A stretch of 64,000 nt of DNA from Thalia democratica (GCA_965202585.1 OZ241827.1:10726001-10790000); one strand, 5' to 3'; shown: positions 38,701 through 53,700, numbered from the stretch's first letter. The notes: generated from the sequence alone by a model not told the origin. A program made the numbers and translations.

Positions 38701-41700
38701 CATTTTCAAAACATCAACATTTAAATTAAATTATGACTTAACTGTGTTGTATTTGTAGGTTTTTTTTAACATTGTCATCTAGATTTATTTGTTTTATGGC
38801 ATATATATTTATATTAATATATAAACAATTTATAAAAAAAAATAAAAAAAAATTAGAATTGTTTTATCTTTCTGGATAAGTGCGTACTTAAGGCGGGGTG
38901 CGTACCAAAAAAGTGCGTACTTAAGCGGTAGTCTACTGTATTTTTTAACAGTTTTTTTTAATGTTTAGGCTTTTTATAGTTGTTAGATATGAGCCATATA
39001 TTTTACGCCTATCAGAAAATTTGGAGAATCAACTTAAAAGACTTTAACATATTTTTTAAACAAATAAAGTCATTTTAAAACCGTTTAATGCTAACTCAGT
39101 GTAAAATTGATTAGTTTATACAAACAAATAGGTTGATAACACAACGGAAAACCGATAACAGTAATGCGTAAAAACTAATCTATTTTTTAAATTTAATCGC
39201 ATTATACTTTGATAACCATAAGCTGCATAATGCAGATTATAACTAAAAAACAGATTAACTGATATTTTTAATTGAAACAAAAATTTATAACAACCAACTA
39301 TTCGTTTTGTCTAAAGTATTTAAAGGAATAAAATACAAAGATTCAAATAGGCAACTCAATACTTACACTGGTACAATACAAGCATGATGTTTTATACACA
39401 AATAGCTTATTGTATACTAGAAAGTATCGAGAAAAATAATACTTGTAATTGTACATTAATACATTCTAATAAATTAAAATAAAATTGAACTGAAGAAAGT
39501 TTACATCAGCGACAATACTTTTTTTTTATTATTTAATAAATACACCAATTACTAAAAATTTACTTTTGCAGCATACTTTATTGAACTAAACTTTGAGTTG
39601 TTATCTTACGTTTGTGTATAAGTGAAACAATACTTATATATTATGACGTCATAGAAACGAATCTAACATATCATGACGAAGTAGTTGGGATCACAAAACG
39701 ATAATTACATATTATGATGTCATAAAAACGAAACTAACAGATCATGACGAAGTAGTTGGGATCGTGGGTCGGCGGGAACCTCTCCGTGTTCCTGTACCAC
39801 TGAATAACGGGTTCGGGGGATCCGTTCGTCCGGCACGGTATCGAAATCTCGTCTCCTGAGTGGACCTGAGTAAAAAAGTTTAAACATTAGATTATCAAAA
39901 AAAAATCAAAAGTTAAAAGTAAGAAAAGTTAAATTACTTATATTAAACAATTGAAGTAATAAAACTTTGAAGGGTCTCGTCTCCTGAGTGGACCTTGGTG
40001 AGATAACAAGTATAAATACTGACAAGTTTTTGGATCAGCAACATAAAAGTATAAACGTAGACATTTAATTTGAGTAAGTATAAACATATATTTAAGTTGA
40101 TATTTATGGTGATTTTTTATGTTACTTTTTAAGTTGTTTATGTAAATAAATAGTGTTAAAAAAAAACAGAAAATCTTTATACACAAAAGCTAAAGTTCGG
40201 ATTTCACCTTAGGCAAGCTTGGTTAAACGTGTATTTTAATTCACAAAACTTTATTTCTTTTTTAATTTATATAGGACACACGTAAAAACAAACAACAGTT
40301 TTAGAAATTCACTTAAAATTCCGCAGTTGTAATCGTAAAGTTTTTATAGTGTTTGTCTTTTACATAAACAGTTGAAAAGTAAGTTTGTATGTCAAAAACT
40401 TACACAACAATACATGTGCTGATAAATACGCAGGTGTACTGTCTTAAGTTTATTGAGGATAAAAGTCAAGTTTGACAATTGCAGACTAATTGTTTGCTGT
40501 AAGTCGTTTAACTTTACGGTGGGTTGCAATAAACTAAGAAAACAGGGTGTAGCTTTTTTGTTAAATGTTTGCGCATTGTTTTAACCTAGGAAGTGCTTAA
40601 ATTTAACCTTACTAAACAAACATTCACATTGAAAGTTTAATTTAATTTTCGAAAGTATTTTAAAAGCCATTTTGAGCACCTTGTTTCCGGTGAGCTTTGC
40701 CAAACATGACAGTTTAAAATAAAATTTACGCAATAAAAATAGAAGCGTACTTAAAGTTTTTCTAAAAATACAATTTTTGTCATTTGTTTAATTGAAAACA
40801 TTAGTGCAACGAGTAACAATAAAAAAAAAACAGAAAAAATAATATATATTTACTATAATAAGAATATTAAAATTAGTCAATATAAGAACTTAAGAAAAGT
40901 GTAACAAACATATATAAAAAACCTTAATTTAAAAATATCAAGAAATACTTTAAATAACTTCATTACAGCATGTTTTAGTGTTCGCGTGTTTTTCATACAC
41001 AGATACGAACTGATAGGAGTGATAAGAAAAATCATGGCAATAACTCGGCTATTACAGCATAATTTCTGATAATTTCAGATCATTAGACCTCATGTGAGTG
41101 ACATCACTAATTCAATTACTTTCCTGATCGTTCCTCAGATGCCCAATTCGATGAAAACCGCGAAATTTTATTTTTCACCGCACAGAGTGATGAATTAACT
41201 TTTGGGTGCAAAATTAACGATTTAGTGCAACTTTAACGTATTTACTACAAAATTAGACTGAAGTTTGTAATCTCTTTATATCTGAACATTTTAAACGTTT
41301 TTAGGGTTAATAGTCGTACTTAAGATATATTTTTTATTGAGGTTTGCTGAACAAGTTTAACTCATAACAAAGGAATTGATGATAAAAAACATTATGACGT
41401 AAATACTTTTATTAATAAGATAAATATACAAGTAGTAATTTTAAAAGCTTTTAAACTGTTTGACAGCTAACTTAGAACATTTAGTTTAACAAGTTTAACA
41501 TTTTTAACTATTCAAACCTCTAGATTAAAACAATTAAACAAGCTAAGATAGTTTGAAATTTTTTTATAAGTTGATCATAACAAGTTTTAGTTTGAAGCAA
41601 ATTTAACCGAAACAATCGCTGTTTTGAAACTTCACTAAAAGTATGTTCAAACTAAGAAAAGCAAACTATTAAATATAAAACTGTAGCTTAAAAATAAAAT

Positions 41701-44700
41701 AGAATTTATTTACTCACCAGTATGTCTTGCGGCCTCTCGATGAACTCCGGTTTCCCGTCCGGACCCTTGTAGTCCAGCGACACCTGCCTGCTAGTGGCCG
41801 ACCCCAGGGAATTCGTCGCCACGCACTGGTACTCACCTGCAACATTGTGACGTCATAATACAGTGTGACGTCATAACGAGTCCCGTGAGACGCCAACGGA
41901 CGTTTCTCACGGGTGGTAATGTAGAGTGACGGTTTATTAAAATTTGAATGGTGTGAGAATGTTTTCTTATAAAGAGTCGAGTATTCATTTTTATAAAGTT
42001 TCTGTTGGACAAGAAACTGTTGGCGGAATTTTAATATTATTTCGGTTTTAAAGCTATAAAAAGTTAATTTGTGTTAATGCGACTGTTTATTGAAAATGCT
42101 TTCCAAGAAAGAGTCAATGTGTATTCATTGCAGTAAGTTGTTTGGTGGTATTTTTATATTTAAATCTTGCTGTTTTTGTTCAACTTGATTTTCTATAATG
42201 CCATGATGGTTGAAACTAAATTCTAGCTGACTAGTGTGAAATCTTAATTTCGACAGCAACTTTTTTATTTTAATGTTATAATAAAAGTTGCTACAATTTT
42301 AATACTTGTTTTGCAATCGTTTTTATAATTTTTTATAAACGAAAATGTGACGTTTTATTAAAACTGACTCTTTTGTATTGGTGGACAACTTTCCATTCAA
42401 TAAAAAATCCGTGGTATACGTAAAATTTACACAGGTTTACAAAAAAAAAATAAAGAAATATTTCACTGTATTTGTTTATTTTTTGCATGCTAGAGCTATA
42501 TTTTTTATTAAATTTACTTACGACATGATGAAAACTGACTCTTTGTTGGTAGTGGGAAAATTTTACTTTAGTTGAGAGTATCACACTGAAAATTTATTAG
42601 GTTTTATTACTATTCTCTCATTGCATTTATTTATAGCCTTTCGATGATGTAGGGATAGTTGTTTCGCACGTTAATGTTGGAATTTTTCAATATTAGTCAT
42701 ATGTGGTAAAGTGAATTTTTATTAAAACTTATTCAATAACGATGAGGGAATGTTTAATACTTTACTAACAGTCATTGTTTAACGTTTTTGATAACTAATT
42801 AGATTATTAAGGTTAGTTTTTTGTGGTAAATTTTGTCGTTCTAATTTTATACCCTTCATTAGCTGACAGTTTTTCACTATTGACTCAATAAAATAAAGGA
42901 AGATTAACTCTTTAGAAACAATCTAGTTCTTAAGTCTTTTATTTTGTTTTGGTTTAGCACATGAATCTATTTTTAACGTTAACAGCACTAAGTTTAAACT
43001 TTAAAGTTGTAATAATTACAATGTGTCTCAGAGTGAAAATTAGTTAAAAATGATTTAGTAAGAGTAAGATAAAACAACAAATACATTTCTTAAGTTTTAT
43101 AAAATAAACTTTTTGTAAGTGGTATTGTCTTTTGAATGTTACAACGTCAGGAAAAAATATTATACAGACAACAGGTAATTATTAATTAAGTTTTGTTCTG
43201 AACTCTACATTTAATTTTGTTTTTGGCTTATCCACTAAAAGCTCATTGTAGAATTTACTATGTTTCGTTATTGTGATGGTTTATTTAAATAAAGGCAATT
43301 ACAGTGAAGAAAATTAGTATGCAAACAAGTTCACATATTGATTCCGCTATGACGTTTTATCTATAATGCTGGTAGAAGTTTTTGAATTAAGCATTATTTT
43401 TAGAATTTAAATCTATTTATTATGGTTAAGTCGAATAACTTGTTGACGGCTGTAAATTTTAGCTTTATTAAATAATCTATAATTAAGTGTTTATTACTTA
43501 AAAGTTTATTTTGATACCACAGTGGTATTTAAGGCTTGTTTTTCTTATATTTATTTGATGGGTTTTTGAAAACTTCTAAACTTTTGCTTTTAAAATTTGT
43601 GTTGAAGTTAGTTTAAAACAAAAAAAAAAAAATACATAAACTTTACTAGTGTTTAAACAATCAACGTAAATAAAATAAAACTTATCACAGCATTTATGAA
43701 CAACACATTAGTACTCGATAAAAATGTAATTGACTTTAAATTAATGTCTAAAAGTCAATGCTGTGTTTTGAGAATTGTTTTTATTTCAACGATTCAAGTT
43801 TTTTGTCAACACGTTAACAAAGTTTCATTTCCTGATTAGAATTTATTAAAATCTATAGTAAAATGATATGTTCCCACGAAACTACCACCGACAAACAAGA
43901 AATACTAATAACAACAAAAACTCTTGCTGCAATTAATTACTGTCAATTAATTACATTTGTAACTATGCCTTTTCATTTGAAAATTAGAAAATTATTTATT
44001 TTAAAAAGAAGTATGTTTTAAATCGAAGGCATGAAATTAGTTTATATGTTTTGTTTAAGGGTGTACTAGGTAGTATAAACTTAAAACCCTTGTAATATTT
44101 TGAGTCGAAAACAAAAACATTTATTAACAAAGTTTATAAATGTTAAATATGCCTAAGTATTTACAATATTCGAAAATATCTTGTAAACTTGTTTACCATT
44201 GACCTGAGCTACATGTAAATTAACTTCATTTGAAAAATTTCACATCAACAGTTTTGCTTCTAAAATGTTTTTCATAATCAATCACTATATTGTTAACAGA
44301 AAATCTCGTCAAACACAAAATTAAATTGCAACTTGTTTTTATCAACTTGAAGTTGTCAACATGACACTTTAGAGTTTTCTCGTTAAAATTAATCACTATT
44401 CACATTTGCATCTTACACCGTACCATAAATTAAAACTTTGACTTTTATAGATTACAACCTTTATGCTAAAAACATCTACCAGAAAAGAAGTTTGTATAAA
44501 AGATAGCATGCATTGTTATCATAATTGCATTCGGTATTATAAGCGTATAACTGTACTTTAACTACTTTCCTTTAACTAAGATAAGCAATAACAATAGTCT
44601 AATCTATTTATAATAAAGCGTTTTAATTTTGACAAGATAGGCTGATAGATTTACCTCCCATATAAATTTTAAAACTTATTATTTGTTAGAAAAGCTAAAG

Positions 44701-47700
44701 GACCTGATTAAACTTTTTTAACTAGTCAAGAAAGTCTTATTCAACATAAATTAATCTTAACTTACGCTTGTAAAGCCTAGATTTTAATTTAAACCATTAT
44801 GATATCTAAAACTTAATATATAAAAAAATTAAAGAAATTACAAACTACAAAGAGAATGATCATCTTGAATGTCAAAACATATTAATGAGTAGTATCAGAG
44901 TTTTGTAAAATTAATACAAATTTAAATCTAATCAAAATTTTTGAAAAATTTTCATCAACATTGATTTTTTTTTCGATGAAAAGTGTAAACAAGGACAGAT
45001 AAATCTAGTTACAATCAGTCATTATTAACTTATCAGTACTTGAACCTTGTCAATTTTGTCACAATTTATACCTTGACTTAAAATTGGTATCTTTTTACTT
45101 TAGGTCGTAATATTTACAAAGTTTCAATCAATCATCGTTGTTTTATCTCAATCTTTATTATAGAGATGTATCAAAAAACATAATTAATAACTTTTTTAAA
45201 CTTAAAAAAATAGACTGAATTTATTTAGTTGTTTTTTTAAGCATCTTATAGTATACAAACCAATCTATCACTACTATTTATCGTAGAATCTTGTCAAAAC
45301 AAAAGTTATTTACATAATAACTCGTCAACCTAGCATTGTTGAAGTCAACTTTTACAAAGTTCTACCGTCTAAGATAGTGTTCTATATCTATATATTTACG
45401 ATCAATCACTTAAGTGGTAAGAAATAAAGCCTACTACGTTTACTAACTGCTTAATGTTATTCATCAGTTTTCTAAATCATTTTATACTATTTCATTGAAT
45501 AATTAATCATTGTATTTATTTTAAGAATCTAACTCTCTAGTTGAATTAATCATTTTTATCTTATCAATAAGAATATTTTTTAATCTTCATACAATGTAAT
45601 TTTTGCAACTTTTTTTTTGTATGATTTGTTCGAAAAGATGTAGATATGATAAATCATTACCTGCATCGGCCTCCCTGGCTGATTGTATCAGTAATGTCCC
45701 GTCGGCCAAAACTCGAACCCTACCGTCCAACTGAATCGATGCCCTGATAGTTAGTATCATTTAAAGTTACAACAATCGCAATTTATAACTTTGTTGATAT
45801 CACAAAAGTACATTTAGCTATTATTTAATTATTTTAAGATTATAAAGTTGTTTGTTCTCATAATGTTGTAGTAATAACAGCAGTTTAAATATACTAAGTA
45901 AAAGTTTTATCTTTCAATATTTAACCATAATTTATCTTTTATTTAAAAAAATTAGTTTATTCGTATTTGTTACAAATTGCTGTAAAAACAGTGTGTCACC
46001 TAATATAATACGAGGTATTGAGATTCTACTTAATTTTCACTTTATAATGTAAACTTTATAACTTTTCAGGTAAAAAATTCACAATTTGAAAAGTTTGTCA
46101 ATTTTTATTATAAATATCTTACCCATTAGATTTCCAAATAGTTTTGAGAGTTGGGGTGTAAAATACTTTTTAATTTTTTAGGTTATATAAAAACCAAATA
46201 CTTTATTCTTAATGGTAAACATCGTTCATATTATTTTATTATTCATTATAAATAAACATACCCGTTAAAATTCCAGGTAATTTCGGGTGTTGGGGACCCG
46301 CTCGCCTGACACTTGAACCTGATTATATGGCCTTGTGCGACTTCTGCATTGTGGGGAGGGACTTCTATTGAGGGTTCGACTGAAAAAATTAACTTCTAGT
46401 TTAAATTTAATTAGGTACTTTTTACTTTGCTTTGACTTGAAACTTTGAATTCGTTAAAGCTAAATAAGATAAAGTGGAGTGTATAGATAAATGAAACAAA
46501 AATAACTTATTTATCTTTAATATTTTGTAAAATAAAGCTGCAGACGTTTTTTATTTGTTTGCAACAGTAACAACCGACATTGTAATAACTTTAAAGTGTC
46601 AAGAAAAAAAAAAATTGTGAGCTATTTCAAAATACAAAATAAAAACGAATTATTTTATTCATATGATTATTTTTTTTTTATTGTTTTTAATGTTTTGTGA
46701 TGTAACACTTAAGTTTATAAATATTTCTATGACGCAACAAACCATCGGAACTTCCGTCGCATGTGAACTGCTCGAGCGGAACGTCCGCCAGCTCGTGATT
46801 GGTCACGTGACGCGGGGTGACGCACTTTGCAAGCAGTATGACGTCATCGTGAACTTCTCCCCACTGACGCAACCACGCCAGGTTGCAGTCGCACTGAAGG
46901 GGATTCCCTCCCAGTTGGCTGTAGGTAAGTTTTAGTTTAAAAAATAAGAAGTTTAGAAAAACTTATTACATATAGGGGTTGGATTGATCAACATTTTAAG
47001 CTAAAATAACCTTTGTATAGCTGGTGTAAAGTTGTTTCACTTTAAAACATTATTATTTTTTTTTATTTCTTAAAATAGTTTTCCTCACTAATACTATTTA
47101 ACACAGAAAAATGGTTAAAAAGGTAAATTAAATTTAAAAAAAATAAACCTGTTAGATTAGGGGCTAGAACTATAGTCTTTTTTAAGTTAAAGTAACGACT
47201 AAACACTTTCCCATTTGCCTGAACAGTTATTTGGTTTCAAAGTAATGTTTGATTTTTATTAAAACTTTCATAAATTTTCTACTCTTATGTTGATACTCAA
47301 GATTGTCAACTTTAGTTGTCTGAGAAGTAGAAGGATGATTTTTAGATACATGAAATATAAGTATATAGTTATCATCATAAACATTTATTAGCTGCGTGAC
47401 TCAGCTGCCTGAGGAGGTGTTGATGATATTAAGCTGTATTTATTAAGCATATGTGCACTAAACAAGTTATTTATACTGCATAACTTGGCTTAACTGTTTT
47501 GCTTAATAATTGAGAAACAAAAAAATTCTTTCTCTAAAAAACGTTAATACTTAACACTCAACAGTATAAAAGCAGTTGTTGTAAGTAGAAATCATCACGC
47601 TTTTTATTTTATTTTTGATCATTTTAATTGTTTTTAAGTCTATTATTTAAAGAAAGTTTTTTTTTTACAAGAAGCTTTACATAAAATTAAGAAAACCAAA

Positions 47701-50700
47701 AATAGCATTGAACGAGTTTATTGTTTCGAAAGGGTTTACAAAGTATTTTTGACATTAAATCACTAAACAACTCACGTTTTTGTAAAATGAATTAAACATC
47801 GAATTACGTATTACACGAAAATCTAATTTGTAGTAGGTCTTATTTGTTTGCAAAAAATCAAAAAGTACAAAAATTTGTGTGTAGGTATTAAAACTTACAT
47901 TGAATATTTAAACACAAAATATTTTTTAACTGGTTAAGATACTTAAGTTACAAAGGGATTAAGTAATTATGGTAGGAAATAGAACAATAAAATCCAATAA
48001 TTTTTACAATTATATTGAGCTTAAAACAAATAAACACAGTTATGTCGTTACAAAAATAACTTCAATTCCCTTAAGAGCGTAGATTAATTTAAAAAAAAAC
48101 GTTAACAATACAACGTTCAGAAAGAACATGGCACGATTTACATTATAGTTACGTAATAACCGACTATGCCTTAAACAATTATCTGGATATTTTGAATGTT
48201 GAACTTTCCACTAGTTGATTGACATGGATAATCTGACATGGATTAGTAGAAGTGAAGTTCTACAGATGAACGGAAAATAATAAAAATCAGTGTGAGAATA
48301 TCTTTAATTAATAAATTTTGGGTTGTTTTTAAATATTTATCTGTTGCGGTTTTTTTTTTATATTACGTCCTAACAGTGAGTTGTTTCTAAAGAACTATCG
48401 CTATGTAAATTTTAATTTTAAATAATATTTAAATATGCTAATATTGGTTAGTATTGTCCTAAATTTGGATTCAGCTATACTATTTTTAAAAGCCACATTT
48501 ATATATATATACCTAACTGGTTTACTTAACTTCGGTTATTTTTATTTTAAGCATTTTTGATTTAAAACTATCTATTCATGCCAAAACTAGCTAATATTTT
48601 GTAAGTTCAAATTAAGTTCAGCATATATTTTTTTTTAAACATTGACAAAAACCGTTGAGACACAAACAAACATTTAGGTTGGAATTCGCTCACGAGTTTG
48701 GATTAAATTTTTGTAAACAAAATAATTTCACGTACGATTTTGCACGTGTATTTGTGTGTACATTAATAATTATCTATTTGTTGACAAATGATGTAATGTT
48801 GTGCAGAAATGCGTAATTGCATGAACTAGCTCAAGTGGGTTTATAAATGCTTAAAGCGACAAACATTACAAAACCTTTTAAAACGTTTATGAAATTTTTT
48901 TCTGTGATTTGTATTAGAATTAAGATAAAAGTTGTCAGCAAAAAGACAGATGTTTTATGAAATTTCGAGCAAAAATTTTTACGTAGTTTTTTTTATAAAA
49001 ATATGTGTAAATAAAGAACGAAAAGAATAAGAAAGTTCTAAAACATAACATTTTTTGCAGAAAATTAACTTTAGTAAATTTTGAAGCAAATATTTTACAA
49101 GGTTTTAAAGATAAAAATGTACAAATCAAAGTAAAAAGAATAAAAAAGCTCTAAAACACAAAATTTTAAAACTTTCACAGCATCTAAACCACATTAAAGC
49201 TCAACTTCAAAAAAGTCGAAATAATCGTGTTAGCAGAGGCTCAGAAAACCCAATTTAATTTCTGTGATTTCAGCTGAAGATTACAACTGTTCGGATTACA
49301 AAACTGATTACAACTTTCTCAATACTTTTGTAGCTATAAGCCTGGCTGTTTTACCGCTTAATTATCTCATTTTCTACAAATTGCGCCCATGCAAATTGGC
49401 TACCAAATTACTTATTTGTGTGTCTCAATAAGTAATGATGATTTACTGTTTTGTTTTTGAGATGAAAATTGAAACTTTAATCTAATTTAGTGCTTTTGGA
49501 TGATTACAATGTCTTAGAGGAAAGAAAAGTTTTGAGCTAACGTATAGCAGAAAGTTTCACACTAAATTTTTTAAATTAAGAAACATTTTCAAATAATAAG
49601 AAGTAGATGGTATTTGTTTGTCATATTTTTATTTTAGTTTTTAAATTAAATTATATCTAAACACCCAGATTTAAGTTGATCGCGTGTCTAAAAGCAGAAA
49701 GGTATAGTTTTTTAAGATATTTCATTATTTTTTATTTATTTTATTTTTTTCCAAAACTTACACTTTGTGTATGCTTTCCAGTCTTGAAAAAATTCGAGTT
49801 GGCAAAGTTGTCAGTCGGTTGTTTGAAAGAAACCTGAAAAAAAAAAAGTTTTGATAACAATACACTGTAAACAGTGTGCTGAATTTGTAAGCTTAAAACT
49901 TATATTGTGAATACATACGTTGTAAAAGTGTTTAGATTCTGGTGTAAGCTTTTGCATAAGTTTCAGGTAAATATCCAAGTTGAGCTTAATAACTTTTAAA
50001 CTCGATTTCAAACAAAAGTTAAAAGATCTAAAGTAAAAAAAACAAGTTACACAGAAAACATTTATTTAGCTTCTTAGATGTAACTTTGTCTAAAACTAAT
50101 AAAAATTAAAACCTTAAATCATATACTAGTAAAAACAAAATGATAAGTAAGTAAAAAATTTTTAAGTCTACAAATACATTACTTACAATCTTTCTAATTT
50201 GTTCAATGGCCAGAAAGTCGTAGGAGCTATTGAAACTATCTCATTGGCGTGCAGATATCTGAAAAAATTATAACGTTGCTAAAAACTTAAGTGTAACATG
50301 AACTTTAATGCAACAAAACTATTAGCAAACTGGCAAATGTTTGTTTTGTTCATACTTAGATTCTTAAATTCATTTAGGAGAACAGAGATACATTAAGTTT
50401 AGTTTTTATTTTACACCATATGCACAAAAAGAACATCAAAAACAAACAAAAAACATAATCGAATTAGCTCGTTAAATTTTTAAAACTGGAATTTTGATAA
50501 TAAGAGAGTTAAAATTTAATAAAATTAAACCAGTGTCACTATCTTTTAAGGTCTTTAATATTTTTCTTTAATATTCAAGTTAAAAACAAAACTCACAGTT
50601 GTTTTAGCGAAGTGAGACTTCTTAAGCTGCGCTTGTGAATTGACTTAATTCTGTTTTCGTACAAGTACCTGTAAAATTAAAAGTTTGGAAATTACGTGTT

Positions 50701-53700
50701 TGTGTTGGGATTAGGCGAATTTAGGGTGCGGTGACCCCATTACAAAGTCGCTCGCTTTTAAAATTAGAACTCCCCTTTCATCATGTCTTTTGTGCCCAGC
50801 TATTAAATCTTTGATGCAAGACAAAGGCGTAAGAGTTCACGCATTCGGAAATTATTTTTTACTTAAAGCTTTTTTTTGAGCTGTTTACTGGTTTTATTGA
50901 CCTTTTGAACTAAGTGAAACGCTTTTGTTCGGCTTAGAGTTTAATCTGCTCGATTTTAGTTTTGCGCAGAAATGTTTTTGATGTGCAAAATTTATACTTA
51001 TAAGCATAAAGTAAGTTGTAATTTAGTTTTTAGTTAAGCTTAAGATAACTTGTTTCGAATAAAAAATCTTTAAAAAAAATTTTACCGTGAATAACTATAT
51101 AAAATTTATAAAGTACAGTTAGTTTCCAAAATTAATGCAAAAAAACTAAATTTTTCAACAACAACTAAAAATATTAATTATGTGTTTCAATAAATTTTAC
51201 ACACAAATTCAACTATAAATCCAAGCTTACTTAAACACAGCTTAAATTAAAGATAAAGACAGAATTTAATAATTATTAATTAGTTTAGCAAAAACAAAAC
51301 ACTACTTGTTTATAATTACTTTTTATATATCGTTTTAACTTATTAAAAGTTTAAACTACGTTATCATTTATTTTAACAAACTGAAGTATTTAAGATGTAT
51401 AATTTAGTCTTTACTGTTTCCAAAAAAGAAATTAATCATATTGAAAGTTTAAGATATAGATAAAAAAAACATTAAACTTACAAGTATTGCAGGTTGTTTA
51501 GTCCGTCGAAGGAAAGTTCTCCAATTCCCCTTATTTCGTTGTGGTCAAGAAGTCTGTAAAATGTTTAATTTTGTGAGAAAGTTTGTGTGATTGAGACGTA
51601 AACACAATCCACAGCTCAGTCGGCTGTACAACCGCAATTTCAGAATACACACAATGTGGTTGCATACAGAAATATTTGAAAAACAAAACGTGCTTAGCAA
51701 ATAAAGACATTTCATAAAAAAGTTTAAGTTTTACAAACTTATGTGTGATCATTGACAAAAAAGTATGAAAAATATAAAAATAACTGAAAAAAAAGCCTAG
51801 TCTAAGATAAGCAAGTTTAAAACAATTTTAATAAAAAGACAAACAACTCTTAATAAATGATAACATATCTAAAAGGCTAAATATAAGTTCAACTTCAGAA
51901 TACACATAACATTGGTTACATTACAAACAGGAAAAACGTCTTACAAATAAAAAGTGCCGGATAAAAAAAGTTTATTATCATTAAGCTTATAAGTTTCATA
52001 GAACTATGTACAAACAACAGTAAAAATATGTTTGAAAATAAGAAAAAAAAACCATTAAAAAAATAGTTTGAGATAAGCAAGTTTTGAAAAGTTGATAAAA
52101 AGATAAATAACTTTTAAATATTGATAGTGTTTCAAATTACTAAATATAAATTAAAGTGTACTAATATAACATCATCTCTTTCAAAGTTAAAAGTCAAAGC
52201 ATCTAATTTACAAAACTAAAAGAAATCTACATGCGTATATACATAATCAATGAAATTGAAAAGTTACAAGTTGTTACTCTTCATTGAGACAAACTCTACT
52301 GTCACGACAAGAGAATGTTTTTAAGAGGCTTCGTCTAGACATAAATTCTACTTGGTAGCAACGAAATAAACTATTTAAAACGCTTCAAGTTTGTTCAGTT
52401 ATACTGGAGGTTCTATTGTTTGTTTTTGTTTATTCATGCGCAGTCAAGACAGCGGGTTTGTAAACAAACAGAAGCTGATACGCACTGTTGCATATTAAAA
52501 AATAAATCCTTTTATGGCTTTGTTTATTTGAAAGTTTCAGAAAGCTTGATTTGGTAAGTTGCTTTGTGTATTGCAAAGTAACGCACTTACATTTCATGGT
52601 TGGGTTTGTAACTAAATCTTAAAGTTGAAATTTGATAGAATTTTTCGTTTAAAATAAAAACAAATTTTAAGTAGTGTGCTTTTACAAGTCTCTAAACTAT
52701 ATAAATTAGCTTAAATTTTTTTTTCATTGAAATAATTAAGTTGCAAAAAATCAAAAAAACATTTTAAATTTTGACAGTTATAATACTTTTTTATTTGTTT
52801 TAAAACTAAATAAGCTTTTAACAAAATATCAGCAGTAAATTATTTGATGTTAACGAGATTGACAGGTGAGTATTGCTGTGAGTTACTACAAAAAAGTTTT
52901 TAAAGATCAGTGGGCAGATTATCTGGGAGATTAACCAAGATTGTGTGAATTCCACAACTTGCCAGAAGAATGTTAATTGTGCCAAGTTTTACATAAAAAC
53001 TGAAGATTGTTTACATTGCAGCTGTCAGTAAGCGCCAAATAAAAATTTAACGTAAACATTACGAACTTTTAAACTATTTCAAATTATATATTAGGCTTGT
53101 TAAGTAGTTTCAAGCGCTAAATAGTTTACAGTGAATATTTAAGGAATTCATACTTGCGGTTATTAAGAAATATTTTCACACTTGTTGACGTTTGCAAGGC
53201 TTATTGCTGCATTTATTGGTATTTTTACGAGCCTGCCTTAAAACTTTTACTTTATTTAGAGCAACTATTTATTATTTTTGCTGAATAGTGTTTTGTTTAA
53301 ATTATTACCATAATTTAATATTGCAGCTTATATTAATGTTTTAATATTTCCTGAATTTTGATATGATGTTAACAAAAATGTTCTTTATAAACAAACAACA
53401 AAATAGGGTGAGTTTGTTACACTACCATCAAGTAAACACTGAAGTATTTTAATTAGTTTCACGACTCTCGAGCTAACTTGAAAAAAAACTGGACTTCAAT
53501 AAAACTTAATATAGTGTAGTTATAACCAGGCAAGATGTGGTTTTAATGCGAACTGCAACCGCAACTTCCTACTTTGAAAATCTCCGGTGCCCGGGATTAA
53601 AGAAACCATTTGTTTGAATGCGGGGCGGAAAATATATATTTAATAGGATTATTTAGCTGGAAAATTCTTAATTTGCAGACTGTATCAAACCAAAAACATT

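Noticed and set aside
41714-41896. 60-aa [19 protein letters not shown]..., or an upstream extension of exon 10
   Set aside because: Wrong frame for the Ig motif; the correct frame has a TGA just upstream of the acceptor, and no good upstream acceptor was found.
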